Shown: one piece after another, positions 57,961-64,000 of the stretch
Layout of the letters: the number at the start of each line of letters is the position of its first letter
Numbering within the stretch: the first letter of the stretch is position 1
NCBI GenBank assembly: GCA_963782055.1
Contig: CAWAIF010000003.1
Coordinates: 5,856,001-5,920,000 of the forward strand
Origin: an uncultured delta proteobacterium
GTDB taxonomy: Bacteria > Myxococcota_A > Polyangia > Polyangiales > Polyangiaceae
DNA: 64,000 nucleotides
Direction: 5' to 3'
Position numbers and translations under genes: made by a program
Notes under the pieces: model-generated
Database searches by the model: none
What the model saw: the letters and a program-made list of their open reading frames with translations, nothing else
What the model was told of the DNA's origin: nothing

Positions 57961-59100
57961 ATGAACCGGCCTCGCTTCCTTACATTGGCGGCGTTCGGCG
58001 CCGCGGGCACTTGCGCCCTCGCCGCGGGGTGCCAGCTCGTCGCGGGCATCGACGACCGCTCGGTCTATGCGCCGGACGGGAGCCCGGATTCCGCGCTGGG
58101 CGAGGCGGGGAGCGACGCCGGCGACCCGTGCTCCGGGCCGGGCGTCCCCACGGCCCCCGACCTCTCCACCAGCAACTCGTCGGATCCAGTGGAGCTGCAG
58201 GCCGCGCTGAGCATGCTGCACCTCGGCCTGGACGGTGACGCCGGCATCTTCGGGTTCAACCTCGATCACGCGTGCACCTGCCCCGGGCCGGACACCTGCC
58301 AGCGCCCGATCGACGCGGGGCAGGCGTGCGACTACTCCGGCGGCGTCGACAACATCGGCCGCCAGGTCTTCGGCCTCTTCGCCTCCACCGGCGATGGCGG
58401 CTTCATCACCGAGGACACCATCAACCAGGCGATCGCGCAGGGGCTCATCGGGGCCTTCATCCGCGTGCGCAACTACAACGGCCTGGCCGACGACGCGCAG
58501 GTGCAGGTCTCGGTGTACGCGTCGCTCGGGGTGACCGGCTTCCCCACGCCCCCCAAGTTCGACGGCACCGACCAGTGGGACATCGACGAGGGCTCCACCA
58601 ACGGCGGCAGCTTCGACCAGCCGAAGTACTCGACCACCGGCTACGTCCGGAACCACACGCTCGTCGCGTCGCTCAAGTTCCCGGTCATCATCGGCAGCCA
58701 GTACATCTCCCCCATCACCGTGGAGCTGCAGAGCGGCCTCATCGTGGCCAACATCGCGCTCAACGGCAGCGGCCCGACGGCGACGCTCAAGTCGCTCAGC
58801 GGGGAGCTCGCGGGCCGCTGGGAGTCCTCCAAGCTCCTCACCAGCCTGCAGTCGGTGCCCGACCCCTTCAACGACGGCGGCTTCCTCTGCAAGGGAGGCT
58901 TCGTCTACGAGGCGGCGAAGATCGCCATCTGCAAGGACCAGGACATCGCCTCCGATCCGACCAACGACGGCACCGGCATCTGCGACGCGCTCTCCCTCGG
59001 CCTGGGGTTCGAGGCCACCCCGGCGCTGCACGGCCCGGTGAAGCCCTCGCCGGCAAACCCGATGCACTGCGGGGCGAGCTACAGCGACATCTGCCCCTGA
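57961..59100 (+). CDS. Cys-rich lipoprotein of unknown function
   Basis: Lipobox AAGC followed by QLVAGIDD; GFNLDHACTC, GVDN, CDALSLGLGF; divergent from the kinase gene. Confidence 0.75.
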   Translation: MNRPRFLTLAAFGAAGTCALAAGCQLVAGIDDRSVYAPDGSPDSALGEAGSDAGDPCSGPGVPTAPDLSTSNSSDPVELQAALSMLHLGLDGDAGIFGFNLDHACTCPGPDTCQRPIDAGQACDYSGGVDNIGRQVFGLFASTGDGGFITEDTINQAIAQGLIGAFIRVRNYNGLADDAQVQVSVYASLGVTGFPTPPKFDGTDQWDIDEGSTNGGSFDQPKYSTTGYVRNHTLVASLKFPVIIGSQYISPITVELQSGLIVANIALNGSGPTATLKSLSGELAGRWESSKLLTSLQSVPDPFNDGGFLCKGGFVYEAAKIAICKDQDIASDPTNDGTGICDALSLGLGFEATPALHGPVKPSPANPMHCGASYSDICP

Positions 59101-59138
59101 GAGGCGCGGTCGGCTCGAGGGCGAAGCGGCGCGCGTCG

Positions 59139-59693
59139 CTAAGGTGATGCGCCGGGGCCCGCGGCCGGCGCGCGGAGGCGGTAGAGGACGTGGCGCCGGA
59201 GCGGATGGCCCTCCGGGAGGCGCGGGTGGTCGAAGTCCTCCGCCGGATCGCGCGTCATGCCCAGGCGCTGCATGACGCCCTGGGAGCGCAGGTTGGCGGG
59301 CACCGTGAAGGCCACGAGCGAGGCGAGCCCCAGCTCCTCGAAGCCGCAGCGGGCGGACGCGCGCGCCGCCTCGGTCGCGTAGCCCTTGCCCCAGTGCTCC
59401 GGCGCGAGCCGCCAGCCGAGCTCCACCGCGGGCGTGAAGGGCGCCTCGTAGGGGACGTGGGCGATCCCGACGAAGCCGATGAAGGACGTGACGCCGGGCA
59501 GCTCGACGGCCCACATGCCGAAGGCGTGCGCGGCGAAGTGCGCCTCGATGCGGTCGGCGACGGCGTCGCTCTCCGCGCGGGTGAGGGTCTTCGGATAGAA
59601 CTCCATCACGCGCGCGTCGCCGTTCATCGCGGCGAACGCGTCGCGGTCTTCCGGCCGCCAGGCGCGGAGCAGGAGGCGCTCGGTGCGGAGCAT
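59139..59693 (-). CDS. GNAT N-acetyltransferase (RimJ/RimL-like)
   Basis: LRTERLLLRAW, FIGFVG, VELGWRL..WGKGYATEAA, NLRSQGVMQRLGM. Confidence 0.9.
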   Translation of the reverse strand: MLRTERLLLRAWRPEDRDAFAAMNGDARVMEFYPKTLTRAESDAVADRIEAHFAAHAFGMWAVELPGVTSFIGFVGIAHVPYEAPFTPAVELGWRLAPEHWGKGYATEAARASARCGFEELGLASLVAFTVPANLRSQGVMQRLGMTRDPAEDFDHPRLPEGHPLRRHVLYRLRAPAAGPGASP

Positions 59694-60301
59694 GGCGCGG
59701 AAGGATAGCGCGGCGGCCCCCCAAACGTGGAGGGCTGACGCGGTGCGGGCGGCCGCGCGGGCCACGCTCCGCGTCGGTAGCGCCCGAACGTGTAAGGATT
59801 GCCCAGGTAGATGAACTCGAGGCTCGCCGCGACGGCGTCGTTCAGGATCCGCTCCAGGAGGCCCACGCGGCGCGGGACGCCGGGGTCGGACAAGACGGCA
59901 CCGCGGTACGGGTGCGCGGGCGGGGCGACGGCGGGCTCCCGCCCGACCTGCGCCGCCAGTCGGCACGCGCGGCGTGTCTCGGCCGGCGACGGCGGCTTCC
60001 AGATACGGGTCAGGGCGGCGTACGCCGCGAAGTAGCGCCGCGCAGACCAGAGGATGCGCGCGAGGCGGAGCTGGGCGGGTCTCGCCGTGGCGCTCCGGAT
60101 CAGACACCACGCGGCGACCTGACAGGGGAGCGCCAGGGCGATGACCGGCAGCTGCAGCGCCGGCGAGCACATCGCCGCGTAGAGCGACGCTCCCGAGAGG
60201 AGAAGGATGCCGCCGCCGGCGAGGAGCCGCGATCGGCGACCGACGCGCGAGGCCGGCGCGCGGCGAGATCCCGGAGCCGGCGCGCGAGGAGAGGTGTGCA
60301 T
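59624..60301 (-). CDS. Possible small membrane protein (hypothetical)
   Basis: ATG 4 nt after the upstream stop and two hydrophobic segments. The 3' end overlaps the GNAT gene by about 70 nt, so the call is weak. Confidence 0.35.
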   Translation of the reverse strand: MHTSPRAPAPGSRRAPASRVGRRSRLLAGGGILLLSGASLYAAMCSPALQLPVIALALPCQVAAWCLIRSATARPAQLRLARILWSARRYFAAYAALTRIWKPPSPAETRRACRLAAQVGREPAVAPPAHPYRGAVLSDPGVPRRVGLLERILNDAVAASLEFIYLGNPYTFGRYRRGAWPARPPAPRQPSTFGGPPRYPSAPCSAPSASCSAPGGRKTATRSPR

Positions 60302-60304
60302 GGC

Positions 60305-61201
60305 TCAGCCCTTGTGGTGAATGAGGTGGTCGAGGATGGTGGCGGGGACGTCCGGAATGCACGCGTGGATGGTGATCCCGACGCCGGGTCCCACCTCCTG
60401 GCTGACGCGGCCGCACATCTCGACGTGGTCGCCGTGCTTCTCGATGCTGCCGGTCCGCACTACCGACGCGCCGGCGTCGAGGTCGATGCCCGCGCTGCCG
60501 TAGTGGGACTTGGCGTCGGCCCCGACCGCGACCACCGACGCACCGGCGGAGTAGCCCATCGTGACGTTGCCCTTCGGGTCGTGCACGATGCCGGCCATCA
60601 CGGTGACCTGCGCGGTCTTGGTGTCGACGTCCATGTGGTCGCCGGCGAGGGGGATGTGGAGCTCTCCGAGCTCCATGTGCGCGGCGCCGCCGAACATCTG
60701 GCTGTCCACCGAGCCGGTGAGCATCTTCCCGTGACCGTCCGGCGCTTGAAGCAACGTGCCGTCGGCGTGGATCTCGCCGACCGCGTTCACCGTGACGCTC
60801 CCGGTCGGCTTCAGCCCTTCGTTCCAGTCAGGCTGCGTCGTCACGGCCGGCTTGGCGTCGCCGGCGGTGGAGACAGGCGCGGTCCCGACGCCCGCGTCCG
60901 CCCGCGCGTCCGTACGCGCGACCGGCTCCGGGTCGATGAGCCTGGTGTCCGCGGGCTTCGCCGGTGGCGGCTTCGCGGGCGCGGGCGCCTTCTTCGACGC
61001 CATGTTCTTCGCCAGGCACGTGTAGTCCTGGTCGGGCAGCAGCATCGGCGTGTGCCAGCCGTCGTCCTTCTCGCAGGTCGGCGCGGGCGGTGGCGGCGGG
61101 GCCGGCGGGGGCTTGCCGCCGCAGACGAGCGTCCTGTCGTCGCAGCTGGGGTCGTCGGTCGGGGTGGAGGGGGTGCGCGGTTCGCTGGAGATGGGTCCCA
61201 T
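60305..61201 (-). CDS. Hypothetical protein: Pro-rich N-terminus, Gly/Ala/Val beta-rich C-terminus
   Basis: Intact ORF with host-like codon bias and GAGG RBS; no recognisable family motif or signal peptide. Confidence 0.6.
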   Translation of the reverse strand: MGPISSEPRTPSTPTDDPSCDDRTLVCGGKPPPAPPPPPAPTCEKDDGWHTPMLLPDQDYTCLAKNMASKKAPAPAKPPPAKPADTRLIDPEPVARTDARADAGVGTAPVSTAGDAKPAVTTQPDWNEGLKPTGSVTVNAVGEIHADGTLLQAPDGHGKMLTGSVDSQMFGGAAHMELGELHIPLAGDHMDVDTKTAQVTVMAGIVHDPKGNVTMGYSAGASVVAVGADAKSHYGSAGIDLDAGASVVRTGSIEKHGDHVEMCGRVSQEVGPGVGITIHACIPDVPATILDHLIHHKG

Positions 61202-61251
61202 GGTGAGACCTCATCGGCCAGCTCCCCTCCCCGGTTGCGTGGCCGCGCGGG

Positions 61252-62496
61252 CTACTGGTTCTTGCGGCTGAACGCCGGGACGTCCCAGTCGTGATCCAGC
61301 TCGGGGAAGCTCTGCGCGCGCTCGCGGATGGGCAGGCGCGGCTGGCTGGCGGCGCGGGCCTCCGCGGCGTGGCGGTCGCGGCGCGTCGTGTAGGCCGGAG
61401 CGCCCTCCATCTGCGGCGCGGCGGGGCGCGTGGACGACCCGGCGAAGCTGCGGAGCTGCTGGGAGGGGACGGTCTGCGGGGCGGGCATCGCCATCCGCGC
61501 GCTCTGCTCGCGCTCGGCCAGGCGCTCGGCGGAGTCGAAGCCGGTCGCGATGACGGTGACCTTGACGTTCTCGCCGAGGGACTCGTCGACGCTGGCGCCG
61601 AAGATGATGTTGGCGTCCTCGTGCGCCTGCTCCTGGACGAGGCTCGCGGCCTCCTGGATCTCGCGCATCTTGAGGTCGCTGCCGCCGACGATGTTGATGA
61701 GGACGCCGGTGGCGCCCTCGACCGAGATGTCGTCGAGCAGCGGGGAGGTGATGGCCATCTCCGCGGCGGTGCGGGCGCGCTGCTGGCCCTTGGCGATGCC
61801 GGTGCCCATGAGCGCGCGGCCCATCTGGCTCATGACCGTCTTCACGTCGGCGAAGTCGACGTTGACGATGCCGTTCTGCGTGATGAGGTCGCTGATGCCC
61901 TTGACGGCCTGGTAGAGGACCTCGTCCGCCTTGCGGCAGGCGTCGATGAAGGTGAGGTCGTCGTCGCCCAGGAGCAGGAGCTTCTGGTTGGGGATGGTGA
62001 TGAGGGTGTCGACGTGCTCGGCGAGCTGCGCGAGGCCCAGCTCGGCGCGGCGCGCGCGCTGGCGGCCCTCGAAGAGGAAGGGCTTGGTGACGACGCCCAC
62101 GGTGAGGGCACCCTCTTCGCGCGCGAGCTGCGCGATGACCGGCGCGGCGCCGGTGCCGGTGCCGCCGCCCATGCCGGCGGTGACGAAGACCATGTCGGCG
62201 CCGCTGATGAGCTCCTTCATGCGCTGGACGTCCTCGAGGGCCGCCTTGCGGCCGCGCTCGGGGTCGGCGCCGGCGCCGAGGCCCTTGGTCACGTTCGCTC
62301 CGATGGCGAGCTTCGTGGGGGCGGCGTTGGCGTTGAGGGCCTGCGCGTCGGTGTTGACCACGATGAACTCCACGCCCTCCAGGCCGAAGTTGATCATCGT
62401 GTTGACCGCGTTGCCGCCGGAGCCGCCGCACCCGACGACCTTGATGCGCGCCTGGTACTCCTGCGTCTCGTCCGCGAACTCGATGCTGAAGCTCAT
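61252..62496 (-). CDS. ftsZ: Cell division protein FtsZ
   Basis: VVGCGGSGGNAVN, NTDAQAL, tubulin signature GMGGGTGTG, NVDFADV, C-terminal core DWDVPAFSRK. Confidence 0.98.
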   Translation of the reverse strand: MSFSIEFADETQEYQARIKVVGCGGSGGNAVNTMINFGLEGVEFIVVNTDAQALNANAAPTKLAIGANVTKGLGAGADPERGRKAALEDVQRMKELISGADMVFVTAGMGGGTGTGAAPVIAQLAREEGALTVGVVTKPFLFEGRQRARRAELGLAQLAEHVDTLITIPNQKLLLLGDDDLTFIDACRKADEVLYQAVKGISDLITQNGIVNVDFADVKTVMSQMGRALMGTGIAKGQQRARTAAEMAITSPLLDDISVEGATGVLINIVGGSDLKMREIQEAASLVQEQAHEDANIIFGASVDESLGENVKVTVIATGFDSAERLAEREQSARMAMPAPQTVPSQQLRSFAGSSTRPAAPQMEGAPAYTTRRDRHAAEARAASQPRLPIRERAQSFPELDHDWDVPAFSRKNQ

Positions 62497-62640
62497 GACC
62501 GTCCTCCCGGGGTGGGCGTCTCGCGCCCACTCGCCGCTTCGGTTTGATCGACCTTCGGAGCGCCTCTCTCCAGCCGGCCGATGTTTGTACTCTGCAAATC
62601 GTCTAGGGGGTTGCTACGAAGAAGGCAAAGAAAGTGCGCA

Positions 62641-63921
62641 TCAGAAAGCGGCCTTGAGCCACTCCCAGAACTTGGACTTCTGCGGGGCCGCGGCGGCCTC
62701 GGTGACCGCGACGTGCGAGCGCAGGCGGGTGGCCGAGGGCGACGGGTCCGCCAGGCGGACCTCCGCCTCGGCGATGGCCTGGGCGCCGTACTTCACCAGG
62801 CCGACGCCGGTGGCGTACTGCGGGCCCTGGACGAGCTGGGTGATGCCCTTGACGCCCACGGGGAAGCCGATGCGCACCGGCATGCCGAGGACCTCCTCGG
62901 CGAAGTCGGGCATGCCCTCGAGGAGCACCGCGCCGCCGGTGAGGACCGCGCCGGCGGAGAGCTGCTCCAAGAGGCCGCTGTCCTCCATGCGCTTGCGGAT
63001 GGCCGCGAACATCTCCTCGACGCGCGGCTCGATGATGTCGCTGAGGACGCGGCGCGCGGTGCGGCGGGGCGCGTGGCCGCCGACGCCCGGCACCTCGATC
63101 TCTTCCTCGTCGCCCACCATGCGGCCCAGGGCGCAGCCGGAGAGGCGCTTGAGGCGGTCGGCCTCCGCCATCGGGGTGCGGAGGCCGGCGGCGATGTCGC
63201 TGGTGATGTTGTTGCCGCCGACGGGGATGACGCTGGTGTGGGCGATGCCGCCGTCGATGTAGAGCAGGATGTCGGTGGTGCCGCCGCCGATGTCGATGAC
63301 GGCGACGCCGATCTCCTTCTCGTCGTCGGAGAGGACGGCCTCGGCGCTGGCCAGCGGCTCGAGCACGACGTCGGCGACGGAGAGGCCGCAGCGCTCGGCG
63401 CAGCGGATGACGTTCTGCACGCAGCTCGTGGCGGCGGTGACCAGGTTCACCTTGGCGCCGAGACGCACGCCGCTCATGCCGATGGGATCGCGGATGCCGT
63501 CCTGCGCGTCGACGACGTACTCGCGGGGGAGCACGTGGAGGATCTGCCGGTCGGCGTCGACCGGGATGGCGCGGGCGCCCTCGAGGACGCGCTCGACGTC
63601 GGCGCGGGTGACCTCGCCGCCGGCGATGGCCGCGACGCCGTCGGACGTCTGCGAGCGGATGTGGCTGCCGGCGACGCCGGCGTAGACGGTGCGGATCTCC
63701 ACGCCCGCCATCGTCTGCGCGGCCTCGATGGCCTCCCTGATGGATCGCACCGTCCACTCGATGTTGGAGACGATGCCCTTGCGGAGGCCGCGGCAGGGGA
63801 CGGAGCCGACGCCCAGGATGGTGATCCCCTCGGGCTCGACCTCGCCGACCACGGCGCAGACCTTCGTCGTGCCGATGTCCAGGCCGACGACGATTTCCGA
63901 TTCGGAAGACGAGTGGCTCAT
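62641..63921 (-). CDS. ftsA: Cell division protein FtsA
   Basis: VGLDIGTTKV, GLRKG, PIGMSGVRL, IDIGGGTTD, VLTGG, YATGVGL, C-terminal amphipathic helix KFWEWLKAAF. Confidence 0.97.
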   Translation of the reverse strand: MSHSSSESEIVVGLDIGTTKVCAVVGEVEPEGITILGVGSVPCRGLRKGIVSNIEWTVRSIREAIEAAQTMAGVEIRTVYAGVAGSHIRSQTSDGVAAIAGGEVTRADVERVLEGARAIPVDADRQILHVLPREYVVDAQDGIRDPIGMSGVRLGAKVNLVTAATSCVQNVIRCAERCGLSVADVVLEPLASAEAVLSDDEKEIGVAVIDIGGGTTDILLYIDGGIAHTSVIPVGGNNITSDIAAGLRTPMAEADRLKRLSGCALGRMVGDEEEIEVPGVGGHAPRRTARRVLSDIIEPRVEEMFAAIRKRMEDSGLLEQLSAGAVLTGGAVLLEGMPDFAEEVLGMPVRIGFPVGVKGITQLVQGPQYATGVGLVKYGAQAIAEAEVRLADPSPSATRLRSHVAVTEAAAAPQKSKFWEWLKAAF

Positions 63922-64000
63922 CGCACCCACGACTCGCATGCACGGGGCCTCAGGGCCAAAAAAACGGCGCAAAGAGCCGCGGGGGTGGTCACTTGACCCT

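Noticed and set aside
62512..62530. Hairpin GTGGGCG/CGCCCAC in the ftsA-ftsZ spacer as a terminator or ncRNA
   Set aside because: A 7-bp GC stem with no U-tract is common by chance and has no further support.
63989..64000. Possible last codons of ftsQ (minus strand R-V-K-stop)
   Set aside because: It fits the expected gene order, but 12 nt is too little to support a call.

Overview
This is a high-GC (about 70% by eye), gene-dense bacterial chromosomal segment. Its gene content points to a myxobacterium of the Polyangiales/Sorangiineae type (inference from three Hanks-type Ser/Thr kinases, an FHA-sigma54 activator, a MYXO-CTERM tail, a TraB-like TSP3/OmpA protein and many Cys-rich lipoproteins). 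Housekeeping genes include lolC/E (5'-truncated), lolD, folP-cdaA-cdaR, an acyl-CoA dehydrogenase, phoB-phoR, ribF, holA, ribA, xseB, an ECF sigma/anti-sigma pair with htrA, slyD, ribH and ftsA-ftsZ. The main accessory modules are: (1) an 8.6 kb block between lolC/E and lolD carrying an FHA-sigma54 activator, a DUF1592/DUF1552/SGNH operon and two lipoprotein genes behind a good sigma54 promoter match; (2) two kinase + TPR/PEGA-like + Cys-rich lipoprotein cassettes with shared motifs; (3) an ATP-grasp / M61 peptidase / tandem Ddl-like ligase cluster with one apparently dead ligase domain; (4) a kinase-SRPBCC-DUF5939-pseudocyclase fusion; (5) a DUF4266-DUF3570 operon translationally coupled to two c-type cytochrome lipoproteins and a TPR/Cys-rich/beta-barrel protein, a candidate outer-membrane redox conduit; and (6) a swivel-first LeuD-LeuC fusion. 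A PhnD-like gene carries a one-base frameshift. I recognised no rRNA, tRNA, CRISPR array, integrase or transposase. Family assignments come from motifs recognised by eye, not from database searches.
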